A stretch of 63,504 bases of DNA, the filler included, from Octopus bimaculoides (Eukaryota): NCBI RefSeq assembly GCF_001194135.2. It is 4 parts of 4 records of this genome, joined end to end, with 100 filler letters (N's around TTAATTAATTAA, not from the genome) between each part and the next. Parts side by side here need not be neighbours in the genome. Positions count along the whole stretch, not along the records: positions 39,187 to 53,750 come from NC_068988.1; positions 53,851 to 63,504 come from NC_069005.1; 2 more parts are not named here. The stretch is one strand, 5' to 3'. Shown here in pieces: positions 50,961 to 63,504 of the stretch; position 1 is the first letter of the stretch, and every line of letters begins with the position of its first letter. The translations under genes and the position numbers were made by a program. The notes beneath the pieces were generated by a model. The model was not told where the DNA came from. It did no database searches and was given only the letters and a program-made list of their open reading frames with translations.

Positions 50961-52219
50961 GCCCAACAGTTACTGCCAGATGCAAGAATGAATAGAAGGA
51001 AATAGGATTTTAGTTAATAAACACTGAGTGGTGACGTGATCACTTAAGATAATGACTCGGAAGATAGTCGGTAACGCCACCTGCAAATAGTGAAACTGGG
51101 AGTGAACGAATTGAACTGATAGGGTAGTTGGTTCGTGGTCAGTCTGTATCCTTTTAGTGACAATTGTAATTTAATATAACCAGAATAACTGATGCCGATG
51201 TGAGTCGGTGAGTTCATTACTTCCTACGGGGAAATCTTCTTGCATTTGCATGCATGCATGCGCGCGTATGCAATGTAAGCTTGCAGATACTGGATGACAG
51301 TAAGAGCAAAACGACGCGAACACTCGGAAAGAAATATTTGTATTGTGAATATGATAATTTGCCGTTCATGTTGTTTAGCTGCAGGTCAGCTCTGATCGAC
51401 CAGATATATGATCGAAGATATTCCATCTTTGGTTACCCAGTCTTCATTAAAGAGTATGGCTTCGATTGCTCTGTCCACTTAATCAAGAGAAATTAGTAAT
51501 TATTTCTAGCAGAAGGAACGAACTCGTAGAATTTTCCTTGCTTGCGCCGGCGTTGATCATCCTTATCTTTTCTTAAATCCAGGAATACTTTAAACGAAAT
51601 TAGCCTTATGATTAGTGGAACAATAATTAATAATTATTATTATTGGAATTATTGTTGTAATTAAGATAGTGAACGTGGCCAACTTGACAGTTAAACTCAG
51701 CACGGTGTGTTATTTACGTTCTCAGTTCGATTCCTGTTGGTTTCTACTTCGCATCTCATATTTCAGTGATCGGGAAAATAAAAATGTTAACATGAGTCAA
51801 TCGATTAACCAAACCCCACCAAAACCAGCGAGAGAATCTGTGCACATTGCTCGATTTTCTAGAAAGAATAACCAAATTCCCTAAAATCACATAATATTGT
51901 AGATTGGCCATCTTCAACGTTTTCCTACCCGTGACACAGTGAAATAATACCATCAGATTTTTTTAAAGTTTTATTCTATAAAAGTGAGTATTTGAATTGT
52001 TTTATAACAGAATGGTTGCATTAATTGTACTTTGTTGCATAGGAACACACATGTATTAGTGTAGTGCATAAAAAACCCACGAGTTTTTCTAAATATCATG
52101 CCCTTTTTCGATGCAGTTCGCCTGACTGTTCTAGACATATAAAGAAGGTAGGACGCTATCGTCTGTTCAATTACGATTGACTCAGGGCTAAAGAAACAAC
52201 AATGACTTACCCGGATTTC

Positions 52220-53125
52220 TCCGCCTTTTTACATTCTGACTTCAAATCAACTTCATTTTCCATCCTTTAGGGCTCAGTAATATAAGGATCAGTTGAGTAC
52301 TACTGGGGTCACTGTAATCACCTTCTCCTTCCTCTCAAAATTACTGGTCTTGTGTTAAGATTAGAAACAATTATTATTGTTATTGCTGTTTTTTATTATT
52401 TTTCGACTGAAACAAATGCCTTGTCGGATTTCTTCTGACTCTATACGTTCTGATTTCAAAACTCACCGAGGTCAGCTTTGCTTTTCAACCCTCGATTGCG
52501 GTATCAACCAGCCCATCCCCTCAAAATTGCTGGCATTGTATCTGAATTAGGAATAATAATTATTTTTGTTATTACGGCGGTGGATTGGCATAAAATAAAG
52601 TAACAGTCAAGTACTGGGGTCGAGTACTTGTTTAAAGACAGCCTTGTTTAAAGACATTGAGTTAGCAGAATCCTTTCATCTCAAGATTCCTGGCATTGTG
52701 CCGAAAATTAGAAATAGTATTAAAGGCGGTGTGTTGGCAGAATCGTTTGCAGGCAAAATACTTTGCGGCATTTATCCTCTTTACGTTTTGAGTTCAAATT
52801 CCGCCAAGATAACTTTTGCTTTTCATCCTTTTGGGGTCGATAAAATAAGTACCAGTTGAACACTGAGTTTGAGGTAATCGACTTCTTCCTTTTATCAACA
52901 TTGCTGACCTTGTACCAAGATTGGAAAGCAAAGATTATTTGGGCAATGGATTCACGCGATATTCTTGAGGGCATTGGACAAAATACTTTGTGTGTATGTG
53001 TTTGTTCTTTTTCACGTTCTGGGTCGATTAAAGACAGTACCAGTCATGTATCGAGGTCCGTATGATCGACTAACACCCACCCCCCCTTAAAAATTGCTTG
53101 CCTTGTGCTTTTATGTTAAAACAAA
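52220..53125 (+). mobile_element. Head-to-tail array of about five family A SINEs
   Basis: Repeated ...ctcaaaatt(g/a)ctgg..ttgtg..aattagaaa..att tails; best copy 52725-52930. Confidence 0.75.
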
Positions 53126-53171
53126 TTATTCACACCAGTCTCCACAGCCACGGCAGCAGCAGCAGCAGTAA

Positions 53172-53208
<37 letters not shown>

Positions 53209-53685
53209 TGCAATTGTACTAGCTGTCGCTGACTAAGCAAAACTATTTGGGAAACCCACATCCGTGGTTCAACAGTTTGTCATTGTTTAAATTTTTCAAC
53301 TAAAGAACGGTAGCTTTTCTCCCACAAATTCTACGAATTCAACGAATTGTGTTTACTTTAATGTTTCTCTATGTACGTCTTGTTAATTTTCTGATACCTA
53401 ATAGCTTTCTTTTACATATGCCAATGTGTAGGACTTATGATAAATAAATATTACACTAGAAACCTACATTTCTTCATTCAATCTTAAAGCCACAGTTGTT
53501 TGATTACATCCCCACTCTCTGTACGGCTCTCTCCCTCTCTCTGTTTCTCTATTCTTCCCCTCTCTATTTTTATTTCCCCACCCCTCATCTCATGTCCTTC
53601 TCGTTAGTTTCTTACACCCACCCAGCAGCAAACCTGGACAAATAAAGAAACAATAAAGGTGTGATTTTCAGTACAAGCAACTGAA

Positions 53686-53750
<65 letters not shown>

Positions 53751-54480
53751 NNNNNNNNNNNNNNNNNNNNNNNNNNNNNNNNNNNNNNNNNNNNTTAATT
53801 AATTAANNNNNNNNNNNNNNNNNNNNNNNNNNNNNNNNNNNNNNNNNNNNTATATATATATATATATGTATGTGTGTATGTATTATATATATATATATAT
53901 ATATGTGTGTGTTTGTGAGTGAGTGTGAGTGTGTATGCATGAATACACACACGCACACACATAGATCAAGAGAAAGAGAGAGATAGAATGTGGGAGAAAG
54001 AGACAGCTTGATGAAACTGTTTGTATTCGGTTCTGTTATATTGTATATAGTATCAGTTAACACAATGTACAATATAATGCATTACAGTAAAATACAATAC
54101 ATTACAACATAATACAATGCATTATAATAATACAATATAATATAAGATAATAATATAATAATATAATACGATGCATTATAATAATATAATATAATTTAAT
54201 AATAATATAACAAAGTGATACAAAACGTCATGATGTAATAGAATGGCGCTCTCTTATCTTCAGTTTAGTGGCGTGATACACACTTTGACATTTGTCCACA
54301 TTGAACTTAAGAGTTGACTGCGTGAAAAAAAAAGAAAAAACGAAACAAAACGAAGCTTAGTAATATACAGAAAATGTACAATATACTAAACACACACTTA
54401 TGCACTCACATACACACATAACCTCATATAGATACACACACACACACGTACAGATGCACACCTACATCGATATATTTAAG

Positions 54481-54516
<36 letters not shown>

Positions 54517-55181
54517 NNNNNNNNNNNNNNNNNNNNNNNNNNNNNNNNNNNNNNNNNNNNNNNNNNNNNNNNNNNNNNNNNNNNNNNNNNNNNNNNNNNN
54601 NNNNNNNNNNNNNNNNNNNNNNNNNNNNNNNNNNNNNNNNNNNNNNNNNNNNNNNNNNNNNNNNNNNNNNNNNNNNNNNNNNNNNNNNNNNNNNNNNNNN
54701 NNNNNNNNNNNNNNNNNNNNNNNNNNNNNNNNNNNNNNNNNNNNNNNNNNNNNNNNNNNNNNNNNNNNNNNNNNNNNNNNNNNNNNNNNNNNNNNNNNNN
54801 NNNNNNNNNNNNNNNNNNNNNNNNNNNNNNNNNNNNNNNNNNNNNNNNNNNNNNNNNNNNNNNNNNNNNNNNNNNNNNNNNNNNNNNNNNNNNNNNNNNN
54901 NNNNNNNNNNNNNNNNNNNNNNNNNNNNNNNNNNNNNNNNNNNNNNNNNNNNNNNNNNNNNNNNNNNNNNNNNNNNNNNNNNNNNNNNNNNNNNNNNNNN
55001 NNNNNNNNNNNNNNNNNNNNNNNNNNNNNNNNNNNNNNNNNNNNNNNNNNNNNNNNNNNNNNNNNNNNNNNNNNNNNNNNNNNNNNNNNNNNNNNNNNNN
55101 NNNNNNNNNNNNNNNNNNNNNNNNNNNNNNNNNNNNNNNNNNNNNNNNNNNNNNNNNNNNNNNNNNNNNNNNNNNNNNNNN

Positions 55182-55217
<36 letters not shown>

Positions 55218-56591
55218 ATATTATACACACACACGAACGTATGTACGTGTGTATGCGCATACAAACAGACACTCACATACACATTATTCACGGGGAATAA
55301 ATGAAAAGCGAAATTCTTTAAACTCCAATCGGTGTCAGAAGCCTGTCTAATTGCTGAATGACCGTGTAATGCTTATTGTCAATGTTAAAGACGAAACTTT
55401 CGATCTTAACTGAAGCTTATTGAATGTAAAGAATGAGTTGTCAGTCAAAGACTGTGTCTACCATTCCAATAAGCAATGCCTATTCAATACAGCAACAACA
55501 ACTACACTCTGTATGTAGTCACTCAGAGCCTCATAGATAGAAATAGTAGCCAAATCACCTTAAAACGAAAAAAAATCATACTCAGGTGCATGCATGGCTG
55601 TGTGGTAAGAAGTTTACTTCCCAACCATGTTGTTTCGGATTTAGTCTCACTTTGGGTCAGTATGATACTGGGCCGACCAAGTTTAATGGGTAAATTTGTT
55701 GGACGGTATCTGAAAGAAATCCGCCTTTGTATATATGTATATATATATATATATNNNNNNNNNNNNNNNNNNNNNNNNNNNNNNNNNNNNNNNNNNNNNN
55801 NNNNNNNNNNNNNNNNNNNNNNNNNNNNNNNNNNNNNNNNNNNNNNNNNNNNNNNNNNNNNNNNNNNNNNNNNNNNNNNNNNNNNNNNNNNNNNNNNNNN
55901 NNNNNNNNNNNNNNNNNNNNNNNNNNNNNNNNNNNNNNNNNNNNNNNNNNNNNNNNNNNNNNNNNNNNNNNNNNNNNNNNNNNNNNNNNNNNNNNNNNNN
56001 NNNNNNNNNNNNNNNNNNNNNNNNNNNNNNNNNNNNNNNNNNNNNNNNNNNNNNNNNNNNNNNNNNNNNNNNNNNNNNNNNNNNNNNNNNNNNNNNNNNN
56101 NNNNNNNNNNNNNNNNNNNNNNNNNNNNNNNNNNNNNNNNNNNNNNNNNNNNNNNNNNNNNNNNNNNNNNNNNNNNNNNNNNNNNNNNNNNNNNNNNNNN
56201 NNNNNNNNNNNNNNNNNNNNNNNNNNNNNNNNNNNNNNNNNNNNNNNNNNNNNNNNNNNNNNNNNNNNNNNNNNNNNNNNNNNNNNNNNNNNNNNNNNNN
56301 NNNNNNNNNNNNNNNNNNNNNNNNNNNNNNNNNNNNNNNNNNNNNNNNNNNNNNNNNNNNNNNNNNNNNNNNNNNNNNNNNNNNNNNNNNNNNNNNNNNN
56401 NNNNNNNNNNNNNNNNNNNNNNNNNNNNNNNNNNNNNNNNNNNNNNNNNNNNNNNNNNNNNNNNNNNNNNNNNNNNNNNNNNNNNNNNNNNNNNNNNNNN
56501 NNNNNNNNNNNNNNNNNNNNNNNNNNNNNNNNNNNNNNNNNNNNNNNNNNNNNNNNNNNNNNNNNNNNNNNNNNATATATATATATATATA

Positions 56592-57300
56592 TACGAGAGG
56601 GTACTCAAACGAAACCGGAATTTTGCAATATTATTTTATTCACTTAGTTTTACATGTTTATACTTTCATCGCCTTCGGAGTATTCTCCATTGGAAGCAAT
56701 GCATCGGTCCAGGCACATTTTCCACTGTTAGAAGCAGTCCCAGAACTCTTGCAAAGTGATGCCTTTTAACGCCACTGTCGGTTTTTTTCTCCACCTCTTC
56801 CACATCTGTAAATTCTGTAACACCAGCTTTCTTCACCAGTGATGGCCTTCAAAAACAGTTCCTGATCGACTTCCAACTGTTCTCTCAGTTCATGACACGC
56901 ATTCAGTAGTGACTCTTTTGGACTTCCGTAAGCAAGCGGGGTACAAGTTTTGCTGCAACTCTTTTCATTTGCAATTTCTCACTGAAAATTTGTTTTCAGG
57001 AGCTCCAAGACACACTAGTCATATTAGCAAGTTTGTCAATTGTTCGCTGACGATCCTCCAAGATCACTTCATGAATTTTCATGATGTTTTCATTCGTTCC
57101 GAAGGTCGACGGCTGCCCTGAACGAAGATAATCTTCTGCTCGTAAATGCTTGTTTTGCTCATGGCAGCGTTCTTGTAAGCTGTTTGAAACTTGACAACTA
57201 TTTCGGCCGTCGTTTTTCCCTGCAGGAAAGAGAATTTCGCGGAAGCACACTGTTCCATTGTTTCAGCCATCGCAAAAATCGACTAACATGGAAGAAGCAC
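56592..57300 (-). mobile_element. Mariner deletion derivative lacking most of the catalytic domain
   Basis: TIR tacgagagggtactcaaacgaaaccggaa; EQCASAKFSFLQGKTTAE, SGQPSTFGTNEN, EDRQRTIDKL, ITGEESWCY joined directly to DVEEV..LKGITLQEF..CLDRCIASNGEYSEGD. Confidence 0.88.
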
Positions 57301-57332
57301 TGCAAAAGAAAGGCACACCATCAAATGACGAT

Positions 57333-57625
57333 GCCGTGGCCTAGTGGTTAGGGTGTTGCACTCACGATCACGAGATCGTAGTTTCAATTCCTAGACCGGG
57401 TGGTACATTATGTTCTTGAGCACAACACTTCATCTAACGTTGCTCTGTGCTCACTTCGACATCTGAGGCGAGGTACACCGTGCACCTGTTCGGGAAACGT
57501 TGTTTTCATGTAGACGGTGAGCTAGTGTGCAGCAGATGCATTTGATCGCTATAAACAAATCATTTGTGCAAGTCGTTCGGCAAAAAACTGAAGACTTATA
57601 CATCGTCCTCGACAGGGAAGTCTAT
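57333..57625 (+). mobile_element. CORE-type SINE
   Basis: A box gtggcctagtggttaggg, B box gtttcaattcc, core ttcttgagcacaacacttc. Confidence 0.8.
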
Positions 57626-57643
57626 GACACACACACAGACACA

Positions 57644-57734
<91 letters not shown>

Positions 57735-57789
57735 ATACATACATACATATATATGCACACACACACGCACATGCATATATATATGCACA

Positions 57790-58035
57790 CGTTTGAATGT
57801 GGTGTGTGCCAGAGGGTTTGCAAATCCAATGGGGGTCTTAAAAGACATGTTAGGATCCACAATGAGCAGAACTTACTTGCAGGTATTGGTAGTGCAAATC
57901 AGAGGTGCAATCTGTGTGGGTGTTTTTTCAAAACACTGTCTGGTTTAAAAAGCCACATCAGACGCCATGAAAGGGCTAAGGTGTAGGTGCAGGAGGTGGT
58001 CAAACTCTGTTTAAGGAGTAGACAACCACCACCAT
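57790..58035 (+). mobile_element. Two C2H2 zinc fingers, stop codon and short tail; most likely an RTE-type LINE 3' end
   Basis: FECGVCQRVCKSNGGLKRHVRIH and CNLCGCFFKTLSGLKSHIRRH; no TGEKP linker; ends in a short UTR before a (TA) run and gap. Confidence 0.6.
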
Positions 58036-58554
58036 ATATANNNNNNNNNNNNNNNNNNNNNNNNNNNNNNNNNNNNNNNNNNNNNNNNNNNNNNNNNNNN
58101 NNNNNNNNNNNNNNNNNNNNNNNNNNNNNNNNNNNNNNNNNNNNNNNNNNNNNNNNNNNNNNNNNNNNNNNNNNNNNNNNNNNNNNNNNNNNNNNNNNNN
58201 NNNNNNNNNNNNNNNNNNNNNNNNNNNNNNNNNNNNNNNNNNNNNNNNNNNNNNNNNNNNNNNNNNNNNNNNNNNNNNNNNNNNNNNNNNNNNNNNNNNN
58301 NNNNNNNNNNNNNNNNNNNNNNNNNNNNNNNNNNNNNNNNNNNNNNNNNNNNNNNNNNNNNNNNNNNNNNNNNNNNNNNNNNNNNNNNNNNNNNNNNNNN
58401 NNNNNNNNNNNNNNNNNNNNNNNNNNNNNNNNNNNNNNNNNNNNNNNNNNNNNNNNNNNNNNNNNNNNNNNNNNNNNNNNNNNNNNNNNNNNNNNNNNNN
58501 NNNNNATATATATATGCACACACACACGCACATGCATATATATATGCAAGACTT

Positions 58555-58710
58555 ACATCGACCTCAGTGCTCAACTAGTTCTCATTGTATTGACACCAAA
58601 ACGGAGAAAAACAAAGTCGACCTCGGCAGAATTCAGGACGTCACGACGGACGAATTGCCGCTAGGTATTTTGCCTGTCTTGCTAACGGTTCTCCCAGTTC
58701 GCCATCTTGA
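58555..58710 (-). mobile_element. SINE family A fragment
   Basis: aaagtcgacctcggcagaattc...gctaacggttctcccagttcgcc. Confidence 0.75.
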
Positions 58711-58894
58711 AGTCATAAGACATATTCCAGCCTTTTTCTTCCATCGATCTAATGATTTTTACCAAGACGTCTATCAACCTGCGGCCTTAAACATTAAGTA
58801 GATGTAGTAGCAGTAGTAGTAGTACTTGTAGTAGTAGTAGTAGTACTTGTAGTAGTAGTAGTAGTACTTGTAGTAGTAGTAGTAGTAGTAGTAT

Positions 58895-59205
58895 GGGGAC
58901 ATGCGCTGTGCCAGCGCTGTCATTGCATCTGACACTTGTTGGTCTTTCCCTACTCCTGGCAGATGATGCCTTTACATCACTCAGAGGAAAACCATCCAAC
59001 TCATGGGTCTGTTTCGGGTAGTTGTTGCTGTTGAAGGTTTTACGGGGTTGGAGTGCAAAATCTACCTCAAGCTCTTTGAAATTCCTCAGCAGAGCAACGT
59101 GAAGCGACTTGTTTTGCTTAAATAACACCACACGCCGCCCGGTTCGGGAATCGAACCGACGATCTGGTAATTGTGAGTGCAACATCCCTATCCGCTAGCT
59201 CACAC
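58895..59205 (-). mobile_element. CORE-type SINE
   Basis: gagcaacgtgaagcgacttgttttgcttaaataacacc; head ttcgggaatcgaacc..caacatcccta. Confidence 0.72.
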
Positions 59206-59677
59206 GCCTTCCACACTATCTTGAATATGAAAAGAAAATATAAAGGTGCATTTTACTGCGTCTCTCTTACTTGTTGGTTGTTTTAGAAATGAATTGAACG
59301 TACAACGGTAGAGAGTCTCATCACAAATTTCGTCACAAATAGTTTAAGAAGGTAGGATAATAGTACACCATTGTGCCGCAGACTTTTAAACATTCGATTC
59401 CAATTATAATAAATTCCATATTAATGCTTGAGTATCTTGAGGAACGAGTGAGACGTTGACAATTATATTACACGTAATATAATTACATTCCACGTATACC
59501 ACAAAGTAGGCAAAAGTTATTTGTTTCTAAATGTTCTCCTTAACAACATACTTCAATGATCATGAAATTTGGATATTAATGACCTACAGGGACCGTATTT
59601 CGTTATGCAAACATAATATGCTACAAAGTATATTAAAAGCTTTTATAAGGCATTACTGTGTTCTGTGTTAACCGTGC

Positions 59678-60009
59678 AGGTTATCTCTGCAGATTTTCAA
59701 TAGAAATCATAGCCAGCACTGATTTACGTATCAGCTTCTAGGAGTGTCTTTAATATTTAAAACTGGTATAACCAATAATGTTACACCACGTATTTAGTGG
59801 CTGTTTAAGCAATGAGTTCGTGGATGGTTAATGGGTTAGGTGGATGTTGATGAAAGAACAAAACTCCTGAATATGACATGTACACCCATTACCGATTTTT
59901 CATCTTCGATCTCATTGTTGTTTACTTTAGATTTACTCGGATACGGAACAAAATCGTAACAAAATCAGTGCTGGCTATTATTTCTATAGAAAATCTGTAG
60001 AGATAATCT
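59678..60009. mobile_element. MITE-like element, 332 bp with ~48-bp TIRs
   Basis: aggttatctctgcagattttcaatagaaatcatagccagcactgattt (59678-59725) is the inverted copy of 59962-60009 with about 4 mismatches. Confidence 0.8.
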
Positions 60010-60014
60010 TAAGA

Positions 60015-60420
60015 AGAAATTTGCATAATGACCGAAAAAGTACGTTCGCGAATAGAAGCGGCAGATATGAGGTTTCTCCAAAGGATCTGAGAAGTAACGT
60101 TACTCGACAGGGTGCGTAACTTGGAGTTCAGGGGGTTCTCTCCTGGTTGAGCTGCTACATCTCTGCATAAGGAGACTCTAGCTCCAGCAGTATGGATATG
60201 TGATAGGAATGCTGTAAGAAAGAAGCTCAAGACAGATTCTTCAAACCGAGCCAAGAACGAGATGATTCGATGATATCTTTAGTCTAAGGTGGTCACACTT
60301 GCATTGCTGCAGGAAAGTGAAAGGACTGTTGCTTCTGACAGGACCTACAGAGGAGGTGCCAGATGATTCTATCTCCACGACTCTCCCATAAATAGTGAGC
60401 GGCGAAACTAGGTGGATGGA
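60015..60420 (+). mobile_element. RTE-clade LINE 3' fragment
   Basis: MTEKVRSRIEAADMRFLQRI*EVTLLDRVRN and VAADRTYRG resemble the RTE C-terminus. Confidence 0.8.
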
Positions 60421-60479
60421 AAATGTTTCTTTTTTAACTATCCTTGCGCAGTGCGGCAGTAATGTCTACCTTACCATAC

Positions 60480-60690
60480 ATAATCTTTTCTACTACAGGC
60501 ACAAGGCCTAAAATTTTGGAGGAGGGGACTAGCCGATTACATCAACCCCAGGTACTTAATTTATCGACCCTGAAAGGATGAAAGGCAAAGTCGACCTCGG
60601 CGGAATTTGAACTCACAACGTAAAGATGAACGAAATGTCGCTAAGCATTTTACACGGCGTGCTAATGATACTGCCAGCTCACCGTGTTTA
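60480..60690 (-). mobile_element. SINE family A, full length
   Basis: ggtacttaatttatcgaccctgaaaggatgaaaggcaaagtcgacctcggcggaatttgaactc. Confidence 0.9.
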
Positions 60691-61776
60691 ACTTTCCATA
60701 TATAATGCACACTAGTATCTCATTTGTCCTCTCTGCATCACAAAAAAAAAAAAAAATAATAATAAATTACAACCCCGCCCACCAAAATTGAATGGAAGAT
60801 TATCGCAGCTGAGCTTGATTGAAGGACAATTTGTCTGAGATCAAAGTGACCGCATAGAGAGAATCATTATTGCTCTGTATGACTGTCAAGCATTGAATAG
60901 CGAACATGTTGTTGTTCTTGCTACTGACGTTTAGCTTCAAATAAGTTCTGATCGACCTCCGTATATCAGATATATATGATCGAAATCAATTTATTCATGA
61001 CCATCATATAGAAGAAACCTAGGGTAATTTTACCCACCGAAGTTTTGTACTAAGACGATATGTATTATGCGAGGGGAAATCTGAGCAACTGCTTCTATTT
61101 CTAGCAGGTCGAGTAACCGTATAGAAGATCCCACATTGACTCATTGGACATTGTTGTTTATCACTAGTTGTTTTGATAGTCTAAATCTTCTTCAAACAGA
61201 CGTTAATTTTCTGTACAAAATAATTGTAGAACCAATGGTCTTTACGTGACCTCCTCCTATTATATGGTGTCTATTGATATGTTTATTACTTAACTAGAAT
61301 GTAACAAAAACATTACGAATCAATAAAGAAAACATACGTAGCTTCACAAAAGAAAAAAGTCCATATATCTATGTGAGAAATAAATAGCGAGGGAAAGAGA
61401 AAAGGAGAGAAAGTGAGACAGAAAACGAACGTTGCGATACGAAATTTTGATAGGTAAACAGATCAAAGCGAAAGACTGATCATTCGGTGATAATAACAAC
61501 CATAAGCTGAATGAATGCATAAAAAAAATATATATAAGAAATACAAAAATAATAATAAAAAAGGGATAATAGTATAAATATATGAATAAATAAATAAACG
61601 AAAAATATATAAAGCGAGTAAAACATTGACAAACATACACACGTATACATAGACATACGTACACAAATACACGCACACATATACACATGTGCATACACAA
61701 ATCGCACTCGGAACCAAGAAAAAATATGGAAAGCAAAAAGAAAAAAAAAACAGGAGTATGAAAAAGATACACGCTG

Positions 61777-61835
<59 letters not shown>

Positions 61836-62848
61836 NNNNNNNNNNNNNNNNNNNNNNNNNNNNNNNNNNNNNNNNNNNNNNNNNNNNNNNNNNNNNNNNN
61901 NNNNNNNNNNNNNNNNNNNNNNNNNNNNNNNNNNNNNNNNNNNNNNNNNNNNNNNNNNNNNNNNNNNNNNNNNNNNNNNNNNNNNNNNNNNNNNNNNNNN
62001 NNNNNNNNNNNNNNNNNNNNNNNNNNNNNNNNNNNNNNNNNNNNNNNNNNNNNNNNNNNNNNNNNNNNNNNNNNNNNNNNNNNNNNNNNNNNNNNNNNNN
62101 NNNNNNNNNNNNNNNNNNNNNNNNNNNNNNNNNNNNNNNNNNNNNNNNNNNNNNNNNNNNNNNNNNNNNNNNNNNNNNNNNNNNNNNNNNNNNNNNNNNN
62201 NNNNNNNNNNNNNNNNNNNNNNNNNNNNNNNNTATATATATATATATACATTCGCACATATATACATATACACACAAACACCCACACATATATATACACA
62301 CATATATATACATAGATAGATATAGATATACAAATACATATGTATGTATACATACGTACACATATATACATATACATATATATTTGTATGTATGTATATA
62401 GACGTATATATGTGTGTGTGTGTGTATGCATAAATAACCTATGCAATATAAGATCTTCATGGACAGTTGTGAATACTGTGGTCAAATGAATAAGTTAAAG
62501 AAACATGGTGGTTACACTAAAGTATAGGTTGATCTAAGTAAATAGAAAAAGATCCACCTTCAACAAAAATAATAAAACAAACAAACGAACTAAAAACTAA
62601 CGGTGTCATCAGAGTAAAACTGATATTATTTATATTAGGCAACAACGAATATTGGAATCGCGTGACTAGTTTCTTGAATGGCAGGTGGGTGGAGGGTGGA
62701 ACATTGATTAGAAATCTGATAGTTTACTTTTTTTTTTGTTTTGCCCCTCGAAAAAGGAACGAAAAACTAAAACCACATAAAAGAATTAAAAACAAACAGT
62801 CCAAAACAAGAAACCGTCTATCGTATAGTAGGCTGATAGATAAATAGG

Positions 62849-62898
<50 letters not shown>

Positions 62899-63384
62899 CC
62901 TACATACATACGTACATATATACATACATACATACATACATACACGCGAACGTAAATTAATACACACATACGCGAATGTCGCTGTTGGTTAGTTGTTTAT
63001 TTGAAATTCATAGGGGAATACATAAGCAAAATCACACACACACGCGTGCACACACACACTTGCACACGCACACACACACACACACACTTATATGTGTATA
63101 TGTATGTATGTATGTATGTACGTATAGGAGTGTGTGTATATGTATGCATGTGTGCGCGTATTTTGTATATTTGTAACTATTGGCATAAATAGCTGAAGCT
63201 GCACTGGTACTAAATATGTATAATCATCTCGGTGTTTTTTCTTTAGAACGCGTAGTTTTTTGTTTAACCTAATATTTACATGTTGCTATTCATAGATTTA
63301 TTTGCTTTGAGAATCAGTTCTAAAAAGAATGTATATATAGGCATACACACACACAAAACACACATACACACACATTCATACATA

Positions 63385-63432
63385 CAGGGTTGACCAAAGT
63401 CACGCACCGAAACATTAGCCATTTAATTTTTG
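63385..63432 (+). mobile_element. Possible Tc1/mariner TIR start
   Basis: tacagggttgaccaaagtcacgcacc; no partner TIR within the window. Confidence 0.3.
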
Positions 63433-63434
63433 TT

Positions 63435-63435
63435 A

Positions 63436-63504
<69 letters not shown>
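63435..63504. repeat. (ATT)n microsatellite
   Basis: Direct reading. Confidence 0.97.

Noticed and set aside
51901-51915. Adjacent CCAAT and YY1-like motifs (attggccatctt) as a promoter
   Set aside because: Short motifs are expected by chance; no CpG island, TSS or linked exon supports it.
57564-57790. Poly-HT N-terminal extension of the zinc-finger ORF as a metal-binding domain
   Set aside because: It is a (CA)n microsatellite next to a SINE tail, in frame by chance.

Overview
AT-rich, microsatellite- and gap-rich eukaryotic genomic DNA. The repeat landscape resembles a coleoid cephalopod, probably Octopus (inference, not database-checked). Almost all long ORFs in the supplied track are artefacts of N-gaps and microsatellites. 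The window is mostly decayed mobile DNA: at least four tRNA-derived SINE families (some with clean TSDs), mariner and maT DNA transposons and MITEs, and LINE fragments of the R4/Dong, CRE, RTE, CR1 and L1/Tx1 clades. There are also several Penelope-like elements (PLEs) with GIY-YIG remnants, inverted pseudo-LTRs and minimal hammerhead-ribozyme cores, plus an orphan 28S rRNA fragment with compensatory substitutions. Small phase-compatible + strand exon candidates (about 13.4-37.5 kb) may belong to an unidentified host gene. No CRISPR array, intact transposase or prokaryotic system is supported. The most notable signals are the PLE-linked hammerheads, the PLE inverted-repeat structures, microsatellite-targeting RLE LINEs and the hidden exon chain.
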